From positions 43,729-97,719 of the forward strand of contig CAZGPK010000001.1 of the NCBI GenBank assembly GCA_964527115.1: DNA of 53,991 nt, written 5' to 3'. The position numbers were made by a program, and so were the translations under genes. The notes under the pieces are model-generated. The model saw nothing but the letters and a program-made list of their open reading frames with translations, was not told where the DNA came from and did no database searches. Numbering within the stretch: the first letter of the stretch is position 1; every line of letters begins with the position of its first letter. This document shows, in pieces, positions 8,822 through 17,056 of this stretch. Origin of the DNA: an uncultured Gammaproteobacteria bacterium (GTDB lineage Bacteria; Patescibacteriota; Microgenomatia; UBA12405; CAZGPK01).

Positions 8822-9342
8822 GGAAGAGAAGGGAGATTTAGCTGTTCATCTTCTTTAAGTCCCAGAGAGAGGGCGCTGCCGGCGGGAAGTTCCAGGACAA
8901 AGCGGGCGGGAAGTTGGGGTTGGTAGGTATTTTGGGGATGAGCAGGATCTTTTTCGACCGGAGTGCTGTGGCTGATGTTTATGATTTTACCGGTGGCTGA
9001 AAGCCAAATGATGTCGAGAGGAATGAGGGTGTCTTTCATCCAAAAGGTATGGAGGGCATCATTTTGGTAGATAAAGAGCATGCCGCAGTTTGAGCAGAGT
9101 GTTGTTCGGCCTGAGAGGCCTTTGATTTTTTGGGGAATGGTTTGGGCAAGCTCTAAGGTAAAGAGCTGGTCTTTGATGCTAAGGGGAATGGTTTGGGGCG
9201 AGACGGGAAAAATGTTGGCGGAGCAGGAAAGGAGGAAGAGAAGAAAAAGAAAAAGAAGAAAGGCTAGGCTTAAAATGTGGAGGCGGCGAAGTTTGGGTAG
9301 TTTAATTAGTTTGTTTGCTTGGTTGGGTTTTGGTTGATTCAT
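8818..9342 (-). CDS. DUF192 family protein, membrane-anchored
   Basis: ELA.T......GL.GR, GMLFIY, FWMKDTLIPLDIIW, ARFVLELPAG motifs; N-terminal hydrophobic helix ending LLSC. Confidence 0.9.
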   Translation of the reverse strand: MNQPKPNQANKLIKLPKLRRLHILSLAFLLFLFLLFLLSCSANIFPVSPQTIPLSIKDQLFTLELAQTIPQKIKGLSGRTTLCSNCGMLFIYQNDALHTFWMKDTLIPLDIIWLSATGKIINISHSTPVEKDPAHPQNTYQPQLPARFVLELPAGSALSLGLKEDEQLNLPSLP

Positions 9343-10589
9343 TGAGGTAAAAGGGTTTGACAGAGATTAAAGAAGGTCTCCCCTATTCTAGACCAAAGGT
9401 ATTTTTGGGTGACAGCCCGATAACCGTTTTGGCCTAGTTTTTGGGCAAGGGCAGGATCTTTTAGGAGAGTGTCTATTTTTTTTGCTAGGTCGCTGGGGTC
9501 TTTTTCTTTTGAGACAAGGCCGCCTTGGTTTTTGGTAATTAGTTCTTTGACAGCGGGGATATTGGCTCCAATTACCGGTTTCCCCCGGGCCCAGGCCTCC
9601 AGAAAGACCAGACCAAAGCTTTCAGCAGAGGAGGGATTGACGAGGATAGTGACTTGATCCAAGAGAGTTGTTTTTTGGGCACCTCGGACAGAGTGGCGGC
9701 GGACAATAAAGCGGCGGTCTTTGGCGGGGAGCGCAGAAATGCATTTTTTTATTTGGGGAGAGTGAAGAGTTTTGACAGTCCCCAAGAGAAGTTTTAGATT
9801 TTTGTATTTGTAGCGGTGACGGAGGATTTTAAAGGCTTCAATTAAGGTGGGGATATTTTTGTGGGCTGACTCAGAGCCCAAAAAGAGAAGAGAGGGAGGA
9901 GAGAAGTTTGGGTGAGGGTTGGGGTGATTGGGGTGACGAGTGGATTTTGTTGGTGATTTGGATTTGGGTGAGTGGGGAGAGAGGAGGGCGGCTGGGACGC
10001 CGGCCGGAATAATGGCGACTTTGGATTGAGGAAGTCCCATTTTTTGGTAAAGGCTGGCCTCGGCTTGGGTAAGGGCGATGATTTTAGTAGCCTTTTTAAG
10101 GCAGAGGCGAAGAAGGGGTGAGGAAAAACTAGCTTCAGTTGGGTGAAAGCAGGGAAGAAGAAGAAGGGGGCGTCGAAGAGTTTTAGAAAAATAGAGGGCA
10201 AGGAGATTTTGGGCGGTGGGAAAGGGACCAGCCAGGATAAGGTCGGGATTAAAGAGAGAGATTTCTTTTTTTATCTTTGTGAGGGAGGAGAGGGAAAAGA
10301 TTGGTCCAAAGCGTAAGGGGTCAAGGAAGGAGTGAAAGTTTAGGGGCTTAAAAAAGGGGCGGAGTTGAGAGGTGACGGGGAAGCGAGAGACAGCGACGCC
10401 TGAGTTTTCGGTGTGGGAGCTTAGGGGTTGGGGAGAGCCAGTGACAAATTCATCGCTTAGGTGGCAGTTACTGGTGAAAACATGGGATTGGCCGCCTTGA
10501 TAAGCGTTTTGACGGGCCAGATGGGCAATGATTTGGGAGCCACCGTCGATGGCGGGTGGGAAAACATGGGTGAAAAAGGCTATTTTCAT
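9339..10589 (-). CDS. GT4 glycosyltransferase
   Basis: FPPAIDGG, HKNI..LIEAF, PSSAESFGLVFLEAWA.GKPVIG. Confidence 0.9.
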   Translation of the reverse strand: MKIAFFTHVFPPAIDGGSQIIAHLARQNAYQGGQSHVFTSNCHLSDEFVTGSPQPLSSHTENSGVAVSRFPVTSQLRPFFKPLNFHSFLDPLRFGPIFSLSSLTKIKKEISLFNPDLILAGPFPTAQNLLALYFSKTLRRPLLLLPCFHPTEASFSSPLLRLCLKKATKIIALTQAEASLYQKMGLPQSKVAIIPAGVPAALLSPHSPKSKSPTKSTRHPNHPNPHPNFSPPSLLFLGSESAHKNIPTLIEAFKILRHRYKYKNLKLLLGTVKTLHSPQIKKCISALPAKDRRFIVRRHSVRGAQKTTLLDQVTILVNPSSAESFGLVFLEAWARGKPVIGANIPAVKELITKNQGGLVSKEKDPSDLAKKIDTLLKDPALAQKLGQNGYRAVTQKYLWSRIGETFFNLCQTLLPQ

Positions 10590-10605
10590 GAAGGTTTTTT
10601 GGTTT

Positions 10606-11574
10606 TTAAAGGAAGGGGCCAGTTCGTTTTTTTAAGAAGATAGGGAGTTTGATGAGAACTTGGAAATAGACGGAAAGGAGAGACAGGGGGAGCTGCCAGA
10701 GAGCGGACAGTTTATAGATTTTAATGGTTTGTTTGACCAAGCCAGAGAGGTTTCTTAGGCGCTCTTTGCTGATGGGGATTAGGTTTTGGAGAATGGTTTT
10801 TAAAGAATAGTTTTTGAGGATAATGAAAAACCAATTTTTGGTATCCATACGGGTACGGAAATTGCCCATGAGGGAGCTGGTGGCTCCGCCTAAGTGATAG
10901 GAGATGGCAGAGGGAATAAAGAGGGTTTTTAAGCCAGAGAGATTTAAGCGAAGAGCAAGGTCAACATCTTCTTCGTAGGCGAAGAAATCCTGGTCAAAGC
11001 CGCCTAGTTTGAGGAAGTCCGAGCGGTAGTAGAGGACAAGGGAGGCAGAAGCGCCCCAGATTTCATGGGGGGGTTGAGAGCGGTAGTGGTTTAGGGTTTG
11101 AGGAGAGATTAGTTGGCCGTTTTTTATGTTTTGGGCTTTACCGTGGACAAAAAACTCTAAACCCTCAGATTCAATGTGGGTACCATTGTGGTTTAAGACA
11201 AGGCCAAAGATGGTAGAGTATTTTTTTGACAGGAGAGGGTCTTTGATTATTTTTATGGTTTGGGTTAGCCAGAGAGGGTCTAGTTTTAGGTCGTTGTTGC
11301 AGACAGCCAGCCAATCCCCTTTTGCTTCTTTTGCTCCTTGATTAACGGCCTTGGCAAAGCCCTGGTTGGTTTTGTTTTTTAAGATTTTTAAGTGGCAAGA
11401 TGTCCCAAATTTTATTTCTTTTAGATTATTAAGAGATTGGTCTGTCGAGGCATTGTCGACGATGATAAGCTCCAGGGATTTGATTTTAGCTTCTTTTTTA
11501 GCGGCAAGAATTGATTCCAGGCATTTTTTTAAGAGGGGCCAGCCGTTATAATGAGGAATAATGAAGGAGATCAT
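10606..11574 (-). CDS. GT2 glycosyltransferase
   Basis: MISFIIPHYN, IVDNASTD, N.GFAKAVN.G, NND, FFAYEEDVDL. Start placed at ATG 11574 because the longer ORF runs through the divergent AbiE promoter. Confidence 0.9.
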   Translation of the reverse strand: MISFIIPHYNGWPLLKKCLESILAAKKEAKIKSLELIIVDNASTDQSLNNLKEIKFGTSCHLKILKNKTNQGFAKAVNQGAKEAKGDWLAVCNNDLKLDPLWLTQTIKIIKDPLLSKKYSTIFGLVLNHNGTHIESEGLEFFVHGKAQNIKNGQLISPQTLNHYRSQPPHEIWGASASLVLYYRSDFLKLGGFDQDFFAYEEDVDLALRLNLSGLKTLFIPSAISYHLGGATSSLMGNFRTRMDTKNWFFIILKNYSLKTILQNLIPISKERLRNLSGLVKQTIKIYKLSALWQLPLSLLSVYFQVLIKLPIFLKKRTGPFL

Positions 11575-11600
11575 GAGCTTAATTTTAACACTATTGCTAA

Positions 11601-11644
11601 TTGACAATATTTCAACTGGTGGTAACATATTATGTTACCTGGAG
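11601..11644 (+). promoter_or_regulatory. Sigma70-type promoter with overlapping palindromic operator, upstream of abiEi
   Basis: TTGACA 11601-11606, 16-bp spacer, extended -10 TG-G-TAACAT 11620-11628; perfect 9-bp inverted repeat GGTAACATA-T-TATGTTACC 11621-11639; GGAG at 11641-11644, 8 nt before the ATG. Confidence 0.8.
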
Positions 11645-11652
11645 TTTAAAAA

Positions 11653-12237
11653 ATGAAAAAAGTAAGGGTGCTGTTGGATCTATATCAGCGGCCGGAAACG
11701 GTGTTTAGTTTGAAGGAACTGTCTTTGATGTTTCCGCAAATTAAATATTTAAATTTAAAGAGGCGTTTTAATAGTTTTGTCAGCGGTGGCAAATTAGTAA
11801 ATCCGGTTCGGGGAATATATGCAAAAACTGTTTATAACCCACTTGAGTTTGCAGGGAAGCTTTATTCCCCTTCCTACATCAGTTTCGAAACGGTTTTGGT
11901 AAGAGAGGGAGTTATTTTTCAGAAAAGTACGACTGTTTATGTAAGCTCTTATTTGAGTCGGGAAAGAGTGATCGGAGATTTAAATATTTGTTATCGGCGT
12001 TTAAAGAGAGAGATTTTGTTAAATCGGGCAGGAATTGAAAGAAAAATTGGATATTTTTCGGCAGTTAAAGAAAGAGCTTTTTGTGACATGGTTTATGTCT
12101 CTAAAGATTATTATTTTGATAGTTTAAGCGGGATGGACTGGGATTTGGTTTTTGATTTTGCAAAAATATATAAATCTAAGAGAATGCTTAAAAGAGTGGA
12201 GAGTTATTATAAATTATTTAAGGGTGAAAATGTTTGA
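11653..12237 (+). CDS. abiEi: AbiEi-like type IV TA antitoxin / transcriptional regulator
   Basis: N-terminal wHTH-like region, RGIYA, PSYISFETVL...G.I.Q, ERAFCD motifs; 8-nt overlap with the downstream AbiEii gene. Confidence 0.8.
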   Translation: MKKVRVLLDLYQRPETVFSLKELSLMFPQIKYLNLKRRFNSFVSGGKLVNPVRGIYAKTVYNPLEFAGKLYSPSYISFETVLVREGVIFQKSTTVYVSSYLSRERVIGDLNICYRRLKREILLNRAGIERKIGYFSAVKERAFCDMVYVSKDYYFDSLSGMDWDLVFDFAKIYKSKRMLKRVESYYKLFKGENV

Positions 12238-12925
12238 TGTCGATAAGCATAAGATGGTGATGCTCCGGATATTGAAAGATATTTACAGTGACAATAAACT
12301 GATGAGTTTTTTGGGCTTTAAGGGTGGAACAATGGCTTATTTATTTTATGATTTACCAAGATTTTCGGTTGATTTGGATTTTGACTTATTGGATAAAAAC
12401 AAGGAAGGAACTGTTTTTGAGGAACTTGGAGTAGTTGTCGGCAGATATGGAAAATTGCTAGAAAGCGTAGTGAAAAAAAATACTTTGTTTTTTTTGGTAG
12501 ACTACGGATTTGAAGAAAGGAAGCTTAAAATTGAAGTAACTCGGTGCAAGACTGAGACGGACTTTGTAGTGATGAATTATTTGGGTATTTCAATGTTGAC
12601 GATGAACCAGGGGGCGATGGTGGCAAGTAAGCTCTGGGCTTTGGTAAATAGAAAAAAAATGGCCAATCGGGATGTTTTTGATATTTACTATTTTTTAAAG
12701 AATAATTGGGAGATGGATGAAAAGCTTTTAAAAAAGCTTAGTGGTTTTAAGGTTAAGGAAGTAATAGAGATGGCGATAGCGAGGATTGGGAAAATAAAGA
12801 AAAATGAGATTTTATTTGGTTTGGGCGATCTTTTGGACAATTCAACAAAAGAGAAGGTTAAAAAAGATTTGATCAGAGATGTTTTGTTAGAGCTTGAAAT
12901 GAGAAAGGACAGGAAAATAGTTTAG
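12230..12925 (+). CDS. abiEii: AbiEii/AbiGii family nucleotidyltransferase toxin
   Basis: GFKGGT, RFSVDLDF, K..AL..R, RDVFDIY motifs. Start set at ATG 12230 (MFDVDKH). Confidence 0.88.
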   Translation: MFDVDKHKMVMLRILKDIYSDNKLMSFLGFKGGTMAYLFYDLPRFSVDLDFDLLDKNKEGTVFEELGVVVGRYGKLLESVVKKNTLFFLVDYGFEERKLKIEVTRCKTETDFVVMNYLGISMLTMNQGAMVASKLWALVNRKKMANRDVFDIYYFLKNNWEMDEKLLKKLSGFKVKEVIEMAIARIGKIKKNEILFGLGDLLDNSTKEKVKKDLIRDVLLELEMRKDRKIV

Positions 12926-12939
12926 AATGGGTGGTATGT

Positions 12940-13260
12940 ATGAATATACAAGCGATTCTTTCATACTTTAGAATTGATTTTTGGACCGGTTGGGGATTTG
13001 CGGCTCAGGCCTTGTTTTTATCTTCTTTTATAGTGCAGTGGTTAAAAAGCGAAAAAGCTAAAAAGAGCTTGTTACCAGCTGAGTTTTGGTATTTGCGTTT
13101 GGCGGGCGGGTTGATGCTTTTGGTTTATGTGATTGTGAGAAAAGATTTAGTATTTGCAGTGGCTTTGGTTTTGCAAACTATTATTTATCTTCGCAATATT
13201 TGGTTTGGTAAAAGGCATGAAAAAGAACAAAATGAAAACTGGGAAAAAGAAGAGCTTTAA
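12940..13260 (+). CDS. Stand-alone lipid-A-disaccharide-synthase N-terminal (LAB_N) small membrane protein
   Basis: WTGWGFAAQALF...F.VQW..SEK.KKS..P..FWY..L.GG..LL.Y...RKD.VF......IY.RN signature; 3 TM segments. Confidence 0.85.
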   Translation: MNIQAILSYFRIDFWTGWGFAAQALFLSSFIVQWLKSEKAKKSLLPAEFWYLRLAGGLMLLVYVIVRKDLVFAVALVLQTIIYLRNIWFGKRHEKEQNENWEKEEL

Positions 13261-14692
13261 ATGGCTTTGGGGGAATTGGGATAAGCTTATTTTAGCTTTG
13301 ATGGTGGGGGTATATGTAGTTTTGTTCTCTTATCTTTCCATAAGACGGCACAACGCTTTTTTTTCTGGGTATGATTTGGCGAATATGGATCAGGTGATTT
13401 GGAATAGTTTGCATGGTCGCTTGTTTTCGCTGACGAGTGGGGAGCTGGGGACAGTTTCCCGGCTTCAGTTTCACGCTGATTTTATTTTAGTGCTTTTGGC
13501 TCCGCTTTATTTATTGTGGGACAATGTGCGAGCGCTTTTGGTTTTTCAGTCTTTGGCTTTGGGGTTGGGGGCAATTCCTTTGTATCTTATTGGTAAATTG
13601 GTTTTAAAGGATAAACTTTTGGCTTTGGGAGTAGTGGGACTTTATCTTCTTAATCCAGGAATGCAGTGGACGAATATGTATGATTTTCACGGAGTGGCTT
13701 TGGCTATTCCTCTTCTTTTGGGGGCTTTTTGGGCAGGAATATCGAAAAAGTGGCGGGTTTTTATTCTTTTTTCTTTTTTGGCAGTTTTGACTAAAGAAGA
13801 AGTATCACTCTTGGTGGCGGCAATGGCGGGGCTTTTCTTTTTGTGGAGCAGGAAGGGTAAGGAGAGGAAGCTTAATTTATTGGTGGGCTTGGGAGGAGTT
13901 TTATGGTTTGGGGGAATTATTTTTTGGTTAATGCCAAAATTTTCAGTGGCAGGGCAGCACTGGGCTTGGGAGTGGTTTGATGGAGTGGGGCTAGGTAAGA
14001 CGGGTAAGTTTGAGGTTTCGGGGTTTGGATTTTTGTTGCCAAGACTGAGAGAGGAAAAATTGTATTATCGAGAGTTACTGGAGCCTTTTGGATATTTGCC
14101 ACTTTTGGGATTACCTTGGCTTCTTTTGGGATTGCCAGAGTTTGTGATCAATATGTTTTCTAATCAAGGGCAGATGAGAGGTGTGGTGATGCATTATGAC
14201 AGTGGGCTGGTACCGGCCTTGGCGATAGCTTCAGTATTTGCTCTTTTCTATCTTAAGCGGTTTTTGCAGTTTTTAAAGATCAAGTGGGGGTCAATAGTAT
14301 TGCTGGGGCTGCTTTTGTTGGCCGGGGTAATGGGAGCCAAAAGAGCCTATTTTTACTCCCCTACTCCAGTGACGCCAGGGCATTGGCGGGCAATGTACCA
14401 GGTGGGAGAAACAGAGAGAGAATTTGAAAAGCTTTTGCAAAGTTTGCCTAAGGATGCGTCCATTGCCTCTTCTTCGGAGATTAGGCCACACATTAATCAC
14501 CGAGAGTTTTCCTATAATTTACCGGCTGGAGAGGAGGCGGATTATGTGGCGATGTTGGACAAAAATCGCCTGGTGGGAGACGTTAATATTAAGCCTTATG
14601 AAAAGGTGTTGATAGAAAAATTGGAGGTAAGTGAGGACTATGAAAAATTGTATGATGAGAATGGTTTTTATTTGTTTAAACGAAATAGGTAA
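13217..14692 (+). CDS. DUF2079 family membrane protein (predicted GT-C fold)
   Basis: RH..F..GYDLA.MDQ..WN, FHAD.IL..L.P.Y, YDFH, KEE, HY motifs; about 11 TM segments. Start set at the first MKK. Confidence 0.85.
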   Translation: MKKNKMKTGKKKSFKWLWGNWDKLILALMVGVYVVLFSYLSIRRHNAFFSGYDLANMDQVIWNSLHGRLFSLTSGELGTVSRLQFHADFILVLLAPLYLLWDNVRALLVFQSLALGLGAIPLYLIGKLVLKDKLLALGVVGLYLLNPGMQWTNMYDFHGVALAIPLLLGAFWAGISKKWRVFILFSFLAVLTKEEVSLLVAAMAGLFFLWSRKGKERKLNLLVGLGGVLWFGGIIFWLMPKFSVAGQHWAWEWFDGVGLGKTGKFEVSGFGFLLPRLREEKLYYRELLEPFGYLPLLGLPWLLLGLPEFVINMFSNQGQMRGVVMHYDSGLVPALAIASVFALFYLKRFLQFLKIKWGSIVLLGLLLLAGVMGAKRAYFYSPTPVTPGHWRAMYQVGETEREFEKLLQSLPKDASIASSSEIRPHINHREFSYNLPAGEEADYVAMLDKNRLVGDVNIKPYEKVLIEKLEVSEDYEKLYDENGFYLFKRNR

Positions 14693-15609
14693 TGAAGGTT
14701 AAGTATTCAGTAGTGCTGCCAGTTTTTAATGAGGAAGGAAACGTGGTTTCTTTGCACGGGGAGATTGTGGAAGTGATGAAGGGTTTGGGGAAAGAGTATG
14801 AGATTATTTTTGTAAATGACGGAAGTGGGGACGGGACTCAAGAAAAACTTTTGACGCTTTCGCCAGTGAAGATCATTGAGTTTCGTAAAAACTGTGGTCA
14901 GTCGGCTGCTCTTGGTGCAGGAATAGAGGCGGCTCGGGGAGAAATATTGATAACACTTGACGGAGATGGACAAAATGATCCTTTAGATATCCTCGGGCTT
15001 TTAGAGAGGCTTTCCCAGGGATGGGAGGTGGTTTGTGGGTGGCGTAAAAGGCGGGAAGATTCAGCCGGAAAGAGGTTGGTTTCCCATGTGGCTCGGGTTT
15101 TGCGAGGTGTGTTGGTAGATGATGGGGTGCATGATGCTGGTTGTACCTTGCGGGTTTATGAGCGGGCCTGTTTTAAAGGACTTCGTTTACAGGGAGAGAT
15201 GCACCGGATGATCCCAGCCCTTCTTAAGTGGCGGGGATTTAAGGTGACGGAGATGCCGGTAAATCATCGGGCAAGAAAGGCAGGGAAGACAAAGTATCAT
15301 AGTAGTCGGATTTTTAAAGGGTTTTTGGATATGATTGGAGTGTGGTTTTGGCGGCGTTTTGAAGATAGGCCAATGCATTTCTTTGGAGGCTTAGGATTAT
15401 TTCTTATGGGGGGGTCAAGTTTTCTCTTGTTGGTTTTGGCGATAGCGCGGGTATTTTTTGAGTATCATTTGTCAAACAGAATTTGGCCCTTGGTTGGGTT
15501 TAGTGGGTTTTTGGCAGGGCTTCAGGCTTTGATGTTTGGGGTGTTGGCGAGTATGGTGGGAAGGGGGAAAAAACAGAAAGGAATGGTTAAGAGTAGAGTC
15601 GGTTTTTAA
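14692..15609 (+). CDS. ArnC/DPM-like polyprenyl-phosphate glycosyltransferase (GT2) with two C-terminal TM helices
   Basis: SVVLPVFNE, VNDGS.D.T, RKN.GQSAA, LDGDGQNDP, HDAGC.LR.Y, GEMHR.IP, V.HRAR..G.TKY. Confidence 0.9.
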   Translation: MKVKYSVVLPVFNEEGNVVSLHGEIVEVMKGLGKEYEIIFVNDGSGDGTQEKLLTLSPVKIIEFRKNCGQSAALGAGIEAARGEILITLDGDGQNDPLDILGLLERLSQGWEVVCGWRKRREDSAGKRLVSHVARVLRGVLVDDGVHDAGCTLRVYERACFKGLRLQGEMHRMIPALLKWRGFKVTEMPVNHRARKAGKTKYHSSRIFKGFLDMIGVWFWRRFEDRPMHFFGGLGLFLMGGSSFLLLVLAIARVFFEYHLSNRIWPLVGFSGFLAGLQALMFGVLASMVGRGKKQKGMVKSRVGF

Positions 15610-16471
15610 GTTTTTGTAGGCCTTGAGGGAAGGTGGAGAAGTTTAGGCCAAGGGTTTTAGCTTTGTGATTGGACATAATCATGCTTTTTTGCCAGGGGCG
15701 GGAGCCTGGGGGTTGACTGGCCACATAGTCTTTGAGGCTTGAGGGTTTAATGAGGGAGGAGTCAAGGTCAAAGGTTTTAGCTATTTCTTGGGCTAGATGA
15801 TAGGGGGAGAGGGAGGTGGAACCGGTTAAATGGTAGATGCCTTGAGGTTTTTCTTTTAAGAAATACAAGAAGGCTGGGGCGAGGTCGTCAATAAAAGTGG
15901 GGGTGATTGTTTGGTCAGTGAAGAAAGGGTTTAGTTTTTTGATTTTAAAGCCGTCAATTATTTTTCTGATGAGGTCTTTTTTGCGGTCAAAGTGGGCGCG
16001 ATAAGGAAAAGAAATTCTGGTAATGGCGTGGCTGGGGAGGGTAGAGACTAGATCTTCGCCCATTTTCTTGGTGGCCCCATACCAGTCAAGGGGAGAGGGA
16101 AGGTCTGTTTCGGTGTAGGCGGTTTCTTTTTCCCCATCAAAGACGGAATCGGTAGAGATGTAAACCAGGTATTTTTGGTATTTTTGGCAGAGGTCAACCA
16201 GGTGTTTGGTGCCAGTGACATTTAGGCGGTAGCAGAGACCTTGTTTATCCCCTCTTTGCTCCCAGGCCTGATTGGTATCGGTGAAGGCGGCCAAGTGGAT
16301 GACGGCAGCGGTATCTTTGGCATGGCGGGCAAAGTTTTCTGAGAGGGTGGAGTAGTCAAGAATATCAACGTTGGCTTCCAGAGAAAAGTCGATGAATTGG
16401 TGCTCAGTGCCAAAAAGTTGGGTTAAACGGGAGCCAACAAGGCCAGATAAACCGGTGCCGATAATTTTCAT
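15587..16471 (-). CDS. rmlD: dTDP-4-dehydrorhamnose reductase
   Basis: GLSGLVG, HLAAFTD, YISTD.VFDG.K...Y.E.D.P.P...YGATK, TPTFIDD; adjacent to rmlC and rmlB. Confidence 0.9.
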   Translation of the reverse strand: MKIIGTGLSGLVGSRLTQLFGTEHQFIDFSLEANVDILDYSTLSENFARHAKDTAAVIHLAAFTDTNQAWEQRGDKQGLCYRLNVTGTKHLVDLCQKYQKYLVYISTDSVFDGEKETAYTETDLPSPLDWYGATKKMGEDLVSTLPSHAITRISFPYRAHFDRKKDLIRKIIDGFKIKKLNPFFTDQTITPTFIDDLAPAFLYFLKEKPQGIYHLTGSTSLSPYHLAQEIAKTFDLDSSLIKPSSLKDYVASQPPGSRPWQKSMIMSNHKAKTLGLNFSTFPQGLQKLKNRLYS

Positions 16472-16495
16472 ATTGATAGGGTAATTTTTTTTAGT

Positions 16496-17056
16496 TTATG
16501 GGGAGGTAAATTTTTTAAATTGTTCCTGGGCTTCAAGAAAAGTTGAAAGGAGACTGTCTTTTTGGGAGACAATGGGGTTTTTGATAGGCCAGGGAAGGGC
16601 CAAAGTGGGATCATTCCAGATAACTCCCAGTTCTGAACCTTTGTTGTAGTAGTTGTCGACTTTGTATTGGAAGTCGGCCTGGTCAGAGAGGGTGAGAAAT
16701 CCATGGAGGAAGCCCTGGGGAATGTAGAGCATTTTTTTATTTTCTTCTGAAAGTTCGACTGTCTCATATTTTTTAAAGGTGGAAGAGGCAGGGCGAACAT
16801 CAATGACAATGTCTAAGACTTTACCTTTGCTGACACGAACAAGCTTGGTTTGGGAGAAAGGGGGGAGTTGAAGGTGAAGACCTCTTAAAATGTTTTTAGT
16901 GGAGCGGGAGTGGTTGTCTTGGGCAAAGATAGCGTTTAGGCCGTTTTCTTGGAAAAGTTTTTGGTGGTATGTTTCCATGAAGAAGCCACGTTCGTCGCCA
17001 AAGACTTGGGGTTCAATAAGGTAGAGGCCGGAAAGAGAGAGTGGTTGGAAGTTCAT
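16496..17056 (-). CDS. rmlC: dTDP-4-dehydrorhamnose 3,5-epimerase
   Basis: FGDERGFFME, QDNHS.S, LRGLH.Q, GFLHGF, YKVD.YY. Confidence 0.97.
   Translation of the reverse strand: MNFQPLSLSGLYLIEPQVFGDERGFFMETYHQKLFQENGLNAIFAQDNHSRSTKNILRGLHLQLPPFSQTKLVRVSKGKVLDIVIDVRPASSTFKKYETVELSEENKKMLYIPQGFLHGFLTLSDQADFQYKVDNYYNKGSELGVIWNDPTLALPWPIKNPIVSQKDSLLSTFLEAQEQFKKFTSP

Noticed and set aside
12152-13216. Longer starts for AbiEii (12152) and DUF2079 (13154)
   Set aside because: They create long overlaps with upstream genes and add non-family N-terminal sequence; the downstream ATGs give typical coupling.
12940-13260. Lipid A biosynthesis implied by the LAB_N domain name
   Set aside because: No LpxB catalytic domain and no other lpx/kds genes; the context is GT2/GT-C.
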